This document shows, piece by piece, positions 1-12,373 of a DNA stretch of 64,000 bases (positions within the stretch are counted from its first letter, which is position 1; every line of letters begins with the position of its first letter). Under the pieces are notes generated by a model, which saw only the letters and a list, made by a program, of their open reading frames with translations, made no database searches and had not been told where the DNA came from. Made by a program: the position numbers and the translations under genes. This DNA is from Selaginella moellendorffii. Lineage: Eukaryota; Plantae; Lycopodiophyta. The stretch spans positions 189,293 through 253,292 of the forward strand of contig NW_003314357.1 of NCBI RefSeq assembly GCF_000143415.4. Reading direction: 5' to 3'.

Positions 1-1199
1 ACTTTGGCTTTTCACAGCAATGTCTTACTTACCCACCGCCTTCAAGGGATCAAAGGCATGGGACTAGCACCTTCAAGCACATGTTCACAGTCTCTACTTG
101 GCTTGGCTCAAGCAGGTAAGTGCATTCATTTTGTAGTGTAGTTTTAGAGTTAGGGACTAGATTAGATTTGAATCTCCTAGGAAGATCTCGTGTGGACATT
201 TTCCTCCCAGTCCAGGTCTGATGCAGCATAGTCAACAATAGAGGTTACAATTCTTTCAAAAATTGTTCTAAGTTCAGGACCTTGATAACCAAATGGGCTT
301 GTTGGATCAGTTGTGCAAGTATGTGATACAAGACTCTCTGGACCAGTGTCTCCAGGAGCTAAAATATATAAATTTACAGTCATCCTAATCCTTGATCTAT
401 GAAAGATGATGATCAAAGTTCGTAATGATGGGGGATACGTTTGGCCATCTTGAAACCTTGAGTAAATATATAATAAAGTATGCCTTAAAGTGCGCCTGAA
501 TATATTTACATTAAGAACAAAAGGATTTCTAATATAAATCACACTAGGATTAGTAGCTGGAGTAGGAGGTGGTGACAATACAAATATTAATGAATTTAAA
601 ATGAAAAATAAATATATAAGAAATTTTTTCATTCTCATGATAATTATAAAATTTTATAAACTATTTAATACTATTTTGTGTTACAATTAGGCCAATCTCA
701 TTGGTATAATATTGTGGGATATCCATCTAAATGCTTATTTGTATTTTTGGTAAATCCAAATAAGTGTATAAAACAGGTATTAGTTCAATATCTAAATTAT
801 TTTATCTGTTCATTCATCTTTAACAAATTAGTATATTATCCAAATTTTAGAGCTTGCAAAGTGGTAAAGATATATATAGTCCAATAAAACAGACAGTAAA
901 GATGGATATTCTCTAAAAATATAATAAGTACCTTAACAAATTAGACATATAAAACACTTTCGTTATTAAAGATGCAAGAGTTGTCTTTTGTCAGAAAAAT
1001 AAATGGAGCTTTAAGGATATTATTTTTATATTTTGAATTGATCAATTCAGAGTTTTTAATTTTTGATGGTTATGATTATTTCTTAACAAATATGGTCTAA
1101 AATTCTATACACTACTATCAATTTTATTCAATATAGCAATTTAGGTCATTATTAATGAGTATCCTTATGAACCACAACCATAACCTCCTCTTCCTCGTC

Positions 1200-2900
1200 C
1201 ATGACCTTATTTATAATTGTGTCCACCATCCCTACCATGACTAGCATTAGTCACAAACTAGGATCTCATGAAGAGAGTACCCATCAATTTCCCCTTATAT
1301 AATCTATTTAAAATTAATAAAGCTAGTTAAATTTCTCTCACCATGAAAGTAATCCATAAATATGAACTACAAAATGCTTTTGACATGGAAAAAAATATTG
1401 TATATCTTGTATTTGTATCTAAATTAGAATTTGTTTTTGAAGTCACTAAAGAAAAGCCAAAGTCCTTGTCACAGTAAAATGTAAAACTTAACTACCTTAC
1501 AACTTTAAGGCTTGCAAAGAGTCTGATGTAGTTATGCAAACTTTATCAATGGTAGCCATCTTTGGGTAACACACACTTTAGGAATGATTAAATCCAAAAC
1601 TTGTATTGAAGCAATCAATTGCCTAACCTGTCACAAGATTTATTGCATGAGTATGACTTCAATTTAGTTTATGGCAATGTTGAGCCTCCAAAGCTATTTC
1701 CAGCTTGCAGCAAAATGCTATGATTGAGATGAAACTCACAAATACTCACTCACTAACACAAGTGAAGCACCAATTATATTTTCTTGTTTCAATCAATGAC
1801 CAAACTTAGATCTTCTTGCTTGGGAAATATTTCATAACAATATATACAAAAACATATATTGATTGATTAAATGCAGTATAATATATGAAACTTTACTCAG
1901 CATAACACTTTTCTTAAACATATATATTTTGATTGAAATTACTTGATCTTAATAATTATTTTCTAAGAGTCTTTTTAACTATTTTTCTTGAAAGTGCATC
2001 AAACATTTAGTGTCCCTTAAGAACCAATAACATTATACCCACTAGAAACTAGGTGGGGGTATCTTTATGGTGCTCATGTCTTTTAGCATTTACCATAGAG
2101 AATGAAGATTAGCTCTACTACATGATGCAAATATAAAGTACTTAAACTTAAGATGAAGAAGTGGTTCATATTTAAATCTTGAATTTTTATCTTATTGAAG
2201 AATACTCATCTATCATAACCTAAACTTTTTATTTCCAAAAATTAAAGCATTTTTTATTTGGATAATTTCATCATCAAATGTCCATTATATAAAGAAAAGG
2301 ATTTCCACTTTGATTACTTTTAAAGAAATTAATACCTTTTATAGAAGCTATATTTAATCCAAAGTCATTAGGTAGTACTGAAAAAGTCATAGTCAATCCT
2401 TATATCTAAAAATACAACTCAAATCTCTGCACAAATGTACATCCAATTATGATCTAATACTGTAAATAAGAATAAATATTTCCAAACTTATTGGTAGAAT
2501 AATATCATAGGATATCCATTAAAATTCTTTAGCAAATCCAAATTCAAGCTTAAACTACCTAGTTTACATGCTTCTTAATACCATTATTTTTAAAGCACAT
2601 CTTTTAATAAAATCTTGTAGTAGTGAATGCAAGTTAGTGCTGGCACTATACAAGAGATAAATTGCCATGGACACATATCAAGATTAGAGTTTAGTTAAAT
2701 TTCATCCTAATCAGTACAATGGTTTTTATTCAAGTATTACTTTAGAGATAAGGAATTTGATACTTTTAAAATATGACAAAATGTTTATGATACTTTAAAT
2801 CACAAAAGGTTTTATTTTATTTTATATAGAGTTTTTATTCCTTTTCATGATATTAAACCTGCAGAAAGAGAGAAAGATTAGCTGCTAGAATCCTTCAGTT
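1200..2900 (-). mobile_element. Highly degenerate Ty3/gypsy pol relic (RT/integrase traces)
   Basis: AT-rich with no ORF. The minus strand gives broken motif-like strings: FGLNIAS (~2350-2370, cf. PFGLTNAP), TFDDEII (~2265-2285, cf. YIDDILI) and IFMDYFHG (~1340-1365, cf. ISMDFITG), in RT-then-IN order. Boundaries are approximate. Confidence 0.35.
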
Positions 2901-4438
2901 TGTGCTTATGTTTGATAACTGTAGATGGTTTTGGTGTTAGAAAAACGATATGCAATAGATATTAGTTTTAGGAGGGGATGTGTCAAAGAAGAGTTTGCTG
3001 ATAGCCAAGTTGTGAGAGCATTTAGTATATACTACTTGTGATGTAACAATTAACACAAGGTGTGAGCTTATTGTTATGGAAAAAAAATTACAATTTTCCT
3101 TTATTGTGCAAGATAAAAATTTAACTTATACTTCCTAATATATAGATATTATATATAAAAAATGCTTCTAATACAACTATTTCAATCACAAAAAATCCTT
3201 TTCTCTCTTTTTTTATGCCATTTGTCATTAACATGCCCCTAGTTAATCTTGTTGTAGTCATCATCACCATTTAAATTGAAGAACATAAAGTTATCTAAAT
3301 TTTTAATCTTTAGAGAGCATCTTGAAGTAGTTTTTGGTTGATTTTGACAAGAAAATCCATATTTAGCACAAAAAAGTGTTTAAAAATATCAATAAGATAA
3401 TTTTTCATAGTTCCATCAAATTATAATATATATCTATCATGGAAATATCATCTCTGAAAACCATTAACCCCCATCTATTGGTTTAATAAGATATTATTAA
3501 GATAATATGCTTTGATAGAGCTAAAATATTTTGAATTTGTCCTTCAAGTAGCATGGCAAATCAGAAACTAATCCTCAAATGCAAGGTAAACATGCCTTTG
3601 CAAGGCTTTTCAGGGTACAAATTTGAGGCCTGACTCTTTGTACAAACCTTTCAATTAGATCAACACCAGTTTTGAGCCAATCTCCTCACATTTGATCTAG
3701 CTTTCTCTTGTCTTATACTAGTCTTGACGTTCATCTTGCTTCAATAAAACTCTGACAACCTTAAGAGATTTCTGCTTAATTGTAATGTGGTGCCAAACTC
3801 TCCATCCATTGCAGCTTATTTGTCACATTTATGTAGCATGGCACAAGAAAAGCATTAGAATTGAATATGTAGTACTTCTCGTTCAGACTAAAGATTAAGC
3901 AATGATGGTCAAATCAAATTTGGCACTAGTCAATGATAGTCAACAGTTTTTAGGTCACGGAGACGGAGGAGGCTAAAGGCAAGGCGGGCGATTTCGCCCA
4001 GGCTCTAGATCACTACAAGCAGGCGATCGGTGGCGGATCCAGCGAGAGCGGATGATCTGGCGGCCTTGCATAGCAACTGCTCGTTTGCACACCTCAAGCT
4101 GGGGCAACTGATCGAGGTATTGAAACGATCAATCATAACTTTAAATGCGATCATCTGCAATCCAACTAGCCCTTGGATGTGCATGCAAACAGCAAATGGA
4201 GCAAAGTAAGCGGCTTTTTGAATCCTTGGAGAAAATGTGATGAAAGTTTTTTTTTCTTTCCTCTTTACATGTAGGCTCACTTTCGATGCGGGGAAGTTTA
4301 CTTTGCGATGCGGGATTACGGTCGTGCGGAGAAAGCATATGCACAAGCAGCTCAACTGGTACGATCTCGCTCTCTTTTCCTTGTTGCTGTCGAGTTTTTC
4401 GTTTTATCTTTATCTGTGTAGCTTGCAGTCTCCAGCAG

Positions 4439-5410
4439 ATGAAACCATCGGTAGAAACTCCGCCTCACGCGTGAAGCTGTAAATGGGAACTTCTACTTTC
4501 GACAGGTATGATTTTTCGTTGGAGTTTACTTCTTTTGACTGATGCAAGACCACTTTTTTTCTAGCTTCTAGCGGGAAGAGATTTCTGTCTAAACCCCGGG
4601 AATATAATAGAAACGCAGGTGAGTGAGGCTTATTTTTTGCTGCTCAAAGTATAGCTCGCCACAATGAGATGTTTACTTCAGATTTTCAACGCTGGAGCTC
4701 AGATGCAAAACTACGTCTATTTGGTTGGCGATGCGAAAACTCGCGAGGCTGTGGTGGTCGATCCGGCATGGGACGTCAAAGTAAGTCCTTACATGCGTGG
4801 AAAAAATATTTTTTTATTGGAGTTCCACTAGGGAATCAAAGCCTTCGCAGATGCGGAACACATAAAACTTGTAAGTGAATTTTATTTTGGGAGATTATTC
4901 TAAAAGAACTTCTTTCTCTCGCTAAAGGTCGGTGCTGTAGCTACTCATTATCACTTTGATCATACTGGAGGCCCCCCTCCGCCTCCTTTCGATCGACTTA
5001 TGATCAAGCTGCCGGGAGTGCGTCAACTGGCAGTCGAAGATAATCTGCCGGTACAGCCATTGTATTTCTTGTGTTGGTTCTAACTTTTCCTTTTCCATTT
5101 TCTTGTGTCTTATAGATTTATGTCAACAAGCATGACGCTGGAACAATCAAGACCAAGAACGAGGTGCCCGGGCAGTCTATAGTCGAGTTGGATGTAAGTG
5201 GTGATCGTCGTGCTTTGAGTGTCTATTTCCAATTCTTTTCAGGATTTGAGCACTGTGGTGGGAAGCTTGAAACTGGAGTTCACACAACACACCGGGTCGC
5301 ACTCCGAGAAGCCAGTGCATTCGTATCAACCGGTGCGTGTCACTCACCTCTTCCTTCTCCGGTTTTGATAAAACAATGCTGTCCAGAGCTCCGGCTGAGG
5401 ACGTTCTTCT
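4439..5410 (+). pseudogene. Truncated, multi-exon metallo-beta-lactamase-fold hydrolase (glyoxalase II-like) pseudogene
   Basis: Splicing at short GT-AG introns gives FYFRQ|LLAGRDF...|AQMQNYVYLVGDAKTREAVVVDPAWDVK|GIKAFADAEHIKL|VGAVATHYHFDHTGG...|IYVNKHD... The THxHxDH motif is at ~4943-4963. There is an in-frame TAA in exon 2 (~4607), a frameshift and a decayed HTPGH motif (TPGRTPRSQC, ~5289-5320). The C-terminal third is missing. Confidence 0.85.
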
Positions 5411-5498
5411 TTCCCTTCCATCACCACGCTCGTCTCTCCATTGCCAGACAACAAAGATAACACTTTTAGCCATCCAAGTAGTAGAAAGGAAAAAAAAC

Positions 5499-5500
<2 letters not shown>

Positions 5501-5538
<38 letters not shown>
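5501..5538. repeat. (GA)n microsatellite
   Basis: Perfect GA run read directly. Confidence 0.95.
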
Positions 5539-5540
<2 letters not shown>

Positions 5541-5866
5541 CAGCTGCAGCGCTTCCACGGCCCTGCTACACGCAGTCACTGGCAGACAAAGGATATCAAT
5601 TCTCCAGTTCTCGCCCAAAACATTGCCGTGACATTTACACTGTAGGAGCATCTTCTTGAGGAGGAGCAAGCACAATGGATCATCAACCACAACCAGCACG
5701 CGAATTCCTATAGTAACGTTGTAGAGTCACACGTAGTGAATATTCTGGGGATATCCTTGTCCGGGGTATATTCTGCTTGACAAACGCCCGAGGTGACAAT
5801 TTGTCAACGGTGTTCTTACGGCAAGTTGACGATGCATGGGATTCCAGTGAAAGAGTGGGAGTTTAA

Positions 5867-5890
5867 ACACACACACACACACACACACAC
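5867..5890. repeat. (CA)n microsatellite
   Basis: Perfect AC/CA run read directly. Confidence 0.95.
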
Positions 5891-6384
5891 GAAGAGAAGT
5901 TTCTTTCTCTTCTTTAATAGGTGAAGATCTACTCCCACTCTCAGCCATCTTCCATTCTCATCCTGTACGGAAGACATGCACAAGTTATATAGAACTTGTT
6001 CTTCCAAGTACAAGAACAAGAATGTTCTCTCTGTCTTGTACGGAAGACACTGTGACAATAAGATTGTGTGGCCCATTCATTGTCTTGTTGTACATAGTTC
6101 TTTACTTTATCTTTAGAACTTCTCTCGCGATCAATCACCAAAACTTTAGGAAACTTTAGATCTTGAGGTTCTGCTCTCGTCCATAGATGGTAGCCATGAG
6201 GACGTACAGCAAAGTGCTCTTGCTGTCCACCTCCATGATCTTCCCAAATGTGAGTTTCACTATTAGGCACCAGCTTTGACCACGTGGTCAACGTCGGTCA
6301 AAAGGAGACTTAAGGGTATATAAAGCATGTTAGGGAGGTGTAATATAGTTTAGAAAGACTAAATTTTTGTCTTTTTGGTGAACA

Positions 6385-7532
6385 TTAGTATCAGAAAAGT
6401 TGGTTCCAATGGTTGACCAAGTTGAACACTCGAATTTTATTGTCAATGGTAGTGTTAATGATGGTGCCAATGAAGCAATGGAGGTTTAAGTGGCAAGCCC
6501 TTAATAAAAATCAACAAAAGATGCAAGACAAGATGCATAGCATGATAGATATTATGCATAAGTATGTTGAGGCACTTGAAGCTGGATGTGATAGCACTCA
6601 AAATAACCTTTTTTTAGTAAATCAACTCAAGATTTCAACTTTTTTTTATAATGGTGGTATGGATGAGTGTCTAGTTTGGCTAGCCAATGTGAATAAGTTC
6701 TTGGCTACTAAAGGAACTCTAGATGTAGAGGCTTTAATGGCTATTTCAATGGCTTTGTGTGATATGGGTTTTCAATGGTGGAATTGGTTTGAGGAGTTTC
6801 ATATTATGGATAAGAAACCATCAATATCTACCATGGATGAGTTTGAGGTTACTTTTTATTTAGGTTTTTCTCCTCACTATAACGTGGAGAATGCTTATAT
6901 AAAATTTCAACATTTCTAGCAAAGGAAAATGATGTTTAGGGACTATATTGAGAAGCTTACTGGTTTGATTAGTTATGTTCCCATGAAAGATCCAAATCAA
7001 AACAATCCTACTTTATTGATGGCCTTCATAGTGAGAGCATACAACAACACTTGCATCATTATCAGCTTACAAAGAGTTTGAAAGAGCTCTTTGATATGGC
7101 TCGTTAACTTGACAATAACAAATACAAGTCTCATAAGTGTTTGAGGAGTCCTTTTATCGAGAATCGTTACGATGATTGCCATAAATACAAGGATGGGAAC
7201 AAACATCACAAGCTGAAGTCTATGGTGGCTACTTTGGATGCAAAGGGGTCAAAGAAGCAAAAGTTCTTTGTATCTTCTACTGACAGTAAGTTAAATACTA
7301 AAAAATTGCAAACTTTGTAATATAAGGATGATGGGGATGACCATTTTGGTTGGAGAAAGAGGCTTTAGATCATTGCTCATCAACTTAACTGTGTGTGGAA
7401 TAAGAAGGAGCTCGAAGACACTCATACATTAGCTTTAATGCTGGAGGGCATGTTTTGTGGCAATCCAATGTGGATTTTATTAGATAGTGGAAACAATGGC
7501 AACTTTGTTATGGCAAAGTTTGTTGAGAAGAA
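6385..7532 (+). mobile_element. Degenerate Ty3/gypsy gag-protease fragment, cut off by a later insertion
   Basis: PBS-like ttagtatcaga at ~6385. Gag-like ORF 6413-6919 (W...F...A...WW pattern). Aspartic protease motif ILLDSGNNGNFV in ORF 7393. The sequence switches to LTR-family DNA at ~7533. Confidence 0.65.
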
Positions 7533-10500
7533 TGTGTCCAATCCCAAGACCGACACCCCAAGGTACCATCGACATACCAGCCCGTTACACTAAGGTCATG
7601 CCCATTCACCTTGGTACCACCAGTGGTCCAACACCACTTGCATCGCAATCCCGTCTCTCCACGACTGGGCCATCCGTCTAAGAGTGACTATCCAAGATCC
7701 ACTCCTTAGCATCCTTAAGATGCCTGCAGACAAGAGGAACCACCTTCCCCAATATCCCTTTTACAGTCCCCACCAAGTCCCTTTTCTGCCCATGGCCGAG
7801 TTTGCCTACTCTGCCACTGGGACAAGGCTTGCAAGCCCGACCACTAAGTCCTACTGTCCTCTAGGACTTTCTCACCACATGACCGTATCCTTGGTCACCA
7901 TACTAGAGGATTGCTCCGCTTCCATTCTACAATCTAGGACTTTGGGACAACATTTCGGAACACCGTCGCCTTATGCGAGCCTCGTGGGTACTCTCTCCAC
8001 TTTCCGCCTTTGGGTGCACCCACACTTGGACTGGGAGCATCGACCATTCGATCTCCCAGGGGAACCACTTCACCAAGCTACCCTGCTTGATAGTTTGTAT
8101 TCACTCTAGCCTTAGACCTCCCAGTGGTTATCCCATCACCTAACACTTGGGTATAACTTTCCTGCGCCAAATTGGCCTTTCCTAGCCAAACTGGCTCCAC
8201 TGGAGTCCTCCCCCTTACTATACTTTTGGAGCTCACCAAACCCCCTAGGGTCTGGGAGACAAACGCTTTGGGCTTTCACCCTCTTAGACTCGAACTCAGA
8301 CTTGAACTTGGACTCAAACTCAGATTTGGACTCAGACTCAGGCTCGGTCTTGGCCTCGGCCTCGGTCTTGGTCCCGGTCTCGGTCCCGGTCTCGGTCTTG
8401 ATCTTGGTCCCGGTCTCAGTCTCAGTCTCGGTCCTGGTCTCGGTCTCGGTCTTGACTTCGAACTCCATCTGGGGTCCTTCTCGGACTCCATCTCAAACTC
8501 CATCTCGGGTCCATCTCGGACTCCATCTCAGACTCCATCTCAGGTCCATCTCGGTCCATCTCGGACTCCATCTCGGGTACATCTCAGACTCCATCTCGGA
8601 CTCCATCTCGGGTCCATCTCAGACTCCATTTCGAAGTCCATCTCGTGTCCTTTTTCTAGAGACTCTCTTATGGCTCGCTTCATGCTTGTATCTTAAGCAC
8701 TCCATTGGGAGTTTCACTCCCGCTCTCAACCTTTCAAGTTGAAGCTTTTAGTCAAAATGTGTTACGCTCGTTTGGCTTTCGCTTCGCCCACTACCACATA
8801 GCACCCTTTCGGCTCCACTTTGGGGCTTAGGGATTTGTGTCTCACAACTCCACCACCCATAGATGAAGTTTGATGTCCTCATCAAACAATAAACTATTTT
8901 ATCAAGTAATATTGGCATGTATTACTTTTTCCATCCTTAGCACCTAGCCCATATTTGTCAATGGTTTGACACCGAAGGCTCACCATGCCTTATTCAACCT
9001 TTAAGGAGCATAGTATCTCTAACATAGAGACTCATTTGATCACCTTAGGTGGTTCTCTCCCTTTTATTGGTTTAGCTCTTGCTAAACCCATTAGAGACAC
9101 CTTCTTTAGCTCAATTTGCACTACTCATTCTCAAGTAGTCTCAACTTCTATTGATATAACCGGTTTATTTTGGAACTTTTAATTTTGACTTCTTGAAGTC
9201 AATTTCCTTGGTGTCTCTGATAGCTTTCATTGCACATATTGTGCAACTTCACTTCCCCATCTTAGGAAGTTCTCCACTTAAGGGCACCATCATCCTCCTT
9301 TTTATTTTGTGCTACCTTTGGCACTAAGTTTCAGTTATCGTAAGTTGTGCTAGAGCTGTCTATAGCCCTATAATTTGGCTACTTTGCCACTCCCTCCTTT
9401 GGAGCTTTCACCTTTGCCAACTTGGAGCATTCGGGAATCCATCCTTGGAAGCACACTTCCTTTTTCACAATCTGTTAGCATCTAATATCTTAGTGTTCCA
9501 TGTCTAACTTTGCCATTTGGATTCCTTCTAATGAACTCTATGGCCCACACTTGGCCAATAGTCTTTTGCTTTTATCTGTTGATTGTTGCATTGAGTAATA
9601 TAGAATCACTAATTCCATTCTCGAGGTATCCTTTTGGTTTTATGGCAAAGGCTCTACTTTGCTAAGTCCAGAGGGTGCTCACCCCTAGTAGATCTTTTTA
9701 ACATTTTCTGCTATGAGCTTCGTCCACGGCCCAACTTTGCGACCCTCCCATGGGTCCTTCGTAGAGACTATTTTGTTGGACTTATTATACCATCGTATCG
9801 GCACGACTAATTTCCCTTTAGGTGTCCTTCCCACTTGGTCATCTTGACCAAGCCACACCATTATCAATAGTTCAAATCATCATCTTGAACTAAGAATTAT
9901 ATTCCCAAGATCACTTAGTGATCTTGTATATTGCCAAGATCACTTAGTGATCTCATCTTGACCCCTTAACAAGTCTACCAATAGGAACTAAGTCTTCCAG
10001 ACCCTTTTAAATTGTTGACTATGACCCCAGGGGCATCTCCCACACTTGGCAGTGCACCCAAGCCAGCCCTTCTGGCTAAGGATCTATAGCAATTGAGACT
10101 GGGTGTCCCCATCTCATTCACCACATCCTTGGTGCCCTTTGCACCAAGGTGTTTAAGTTAGATATGCCAAACTTTCACTCTAAACAATCTAACCATGCAT
10201 CATGACTCTGGAGCATCCCCCGCTTGGCGGTGTGCCCAATCCAATCTCCTCACTGAGAGTCCATAACCACTGAAATATGAGTGTCTTCATATTCCAAACC
10301 ATCACCATGCCCTAGTGATTTGGGACTCGAACCCAAGCACTAGAGGGTTGGGACTCGAACCCAACCTCTGTATATGCATCTACGGATAGTATCACCCTAG
10401 ATGTTTTTCGTGACTCCCCACACCGGTGCACTAATTTATATCCAAAGTGTGTTACGGATCATAGCTTAGGAACCTAGTCCCTCCAAATTGCCAAGTCCTC

Positions 10501-12373
10501 TCACTTGATAAGTCTATAATCATACATGGACTCCTTCATGCTTAGCCCTGGGCCACCTGTTTTGAAGTTAGCACCTTCAACTAGGGGATTCGTTCCCTTG
10601 ACTTGCCACTCTTGCTTAGCAAGTCATCCGACCAATGTAACATGGTTTCATGCATAAGTATGAAAGTCCTTGACCATCGACTTTCGTTCAAAGTCATCCC
10701 TTTGAACACTTGAGAATTACTTTTCCAACCTTGATAGCATTGCCTTATGGAAAGCTTCAAGACCACGTTTTTGTTGCGCCATTCTGATTTCACACGTTTT
10801 ATGAACCATTTACACTTGGCTTTTTAGGTACTACGCTACTTAGAATTGTTTTTGGGAACCTTGAAGGAACTCTATCCTTTAGTTTGCTAGGGCCTCCCCT
10901 TTCGCAAGCTTTCCAATTGCCATATGGTCTAATATGGACAATTCCATACTTTAGACTCTCCATGGCATCATGGTTGCTAGCAGCAACACACTCGAGCACC
11001 CATTTGATTTTCCACTCTCACCTTACTTAACCACCCTAGGTTATGCCCTTCGCTTCCTATGGTTTAGTTCTATCCCTTTATTACTTGCCTTTTGCCCTCA
11101 TACGTTTCTTTTGGTTATTCTCCCCTAGACTAGGAGGATAACTTTGCACTTTCTACCCTACCTTAGCAAGTATTCTTGGGGATGAACCTACTCGATAGCC
11201 TGGGGAGTGGTTCCTTAATCCGGATATCCTCACCTTATAATCCCACACACTAGGATTAACGTTGCTACATATGGGCCTTTATATGCCCATCACTAGCCTT
11301 GCCAAAATTCCATTTTTGGATTTGTCCAATTCGGGTAGACAGACTTCTCCCGTCTTTGCAACCTTGGACATTTGGATAGCACTTTCTATCCATCATTTGC
11401 TAGAGATTTAGTCCCTTGGGCCTTATCTATTGCCCTCGCGACATCAAACACCACCTCCTGGTATTCTAGAGTGTTTGGGTGTCCCAATGATGGCCTCTTT
11501 GACAATGAGCATTCCCTTTTACGACATTGATTTATTATATCGGCACATAAGCAATTTATCCCCCCCCCTAAGGGTATATCTAACTTCCTTATACCATTAA
11601 AAAGTCTTGGGTAACTACCTGCTATCAGTTTAACCGATTATTTGCACCTTTTGCTTAGTTGCTTTATAATTGTCAAGTCCTACAACTCATTGGTAGTGCC
11701 TCCACACCTCCATCATTATCTGGGTCACCACACTCCAACTACATGCTTTCCAGCTTAGGCTATGCCATTCCCATTTTTATTATGATTCCTTTGGGAAGGG
11801 GTTCTCGTGAACCCGCCAACTCACCTTAAGGCATCATGCCTTGGCACATTCGGTATCTCCACACCATCAGCTCCACGAGCCTACCTTTATGACACTTCTT
11901 ACTTGTGTTTAGGTCCTTGCCAAGACCAATATAGTTCTTTCTCATGCCAACTATCTGTTAGCACTGCACTATAGAGTTTACTCACAACTTTGTGTGAAAG
12001 TTATTTTCTTCTGGGGACACTTTCCCCACAACTTTAGTATAGCCCATTCTGCCATCAATGAGATACTCATTGTTCTCATACTTGGATCCTATGATCTTCC
12101 CCAACCTTTGTGGGGCACCATGCACCTCAGTCCAAATGCTTTTAGCAATTTTTTAAGACCATTCCTTGACTCTATTTGAGTCATCTAGCATTTTTGAACT
12201 TTAAAATCTAATGACCCATAAGGTCCTATTTGAGGTGCTAGCTCACTGAAATACAATTTCCTGTATTCATGTCCTACTCACAAGGATCATCTTTGCAAGT
12301 GTCACTCAAACACTTGATGTTGTTCCCTGGGGCAACCTTTGCCCCTTTGGACTACTTGTCCATGTGAGAATAC
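7533..12373 (-). mobile_element. Non-autonomous (LARD-like) LTR retroelement, copy A: partial 3' LTR 7533-8846, PPT and non-coding interior; interrupted at 12374
   Basis: 7533-8846 is the reverse complement of the LTR at 12374. It ends in TG..(ctcaca) next to the PPT complement actccaccaccc (8847-8858). The interior is homologous to 14.6-17.5 kb and has no gag/pol ORF. Confidence 0.75.
8280..8645. repeat. Hexamer-based (ctcgga/ctcggt/ctccat) low-complexity array inside LTR
   Basis: Direct reading. It accounts for the spurious SR/ET/GL-rich ORFs. The same array type occurs at 12605-13085, 21505-21790 and 27815-28080. Confidence 0.85.

Noticed and set aside
177-638. 153-aa minus-strand ORF with hydrophobic N-terminus
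   Set aside because: No recognisable motif, AT-rich 5' half, and conflicting splice-like signals on the plus strand. Cannot support a gene call.
6339-6384. TG...CA segment between a purine run and a PBS-like site as a mini-LTR
   Set aside because: Only ~46 bp with no second copy in the window.
8136-8742. SR/ET/GL-rich ORFs (also 12525-13311, 21385-21848, 27807-28134)
   Set aside because: By-products of hexamer arrays in LTRs, open in several frames on both strands.
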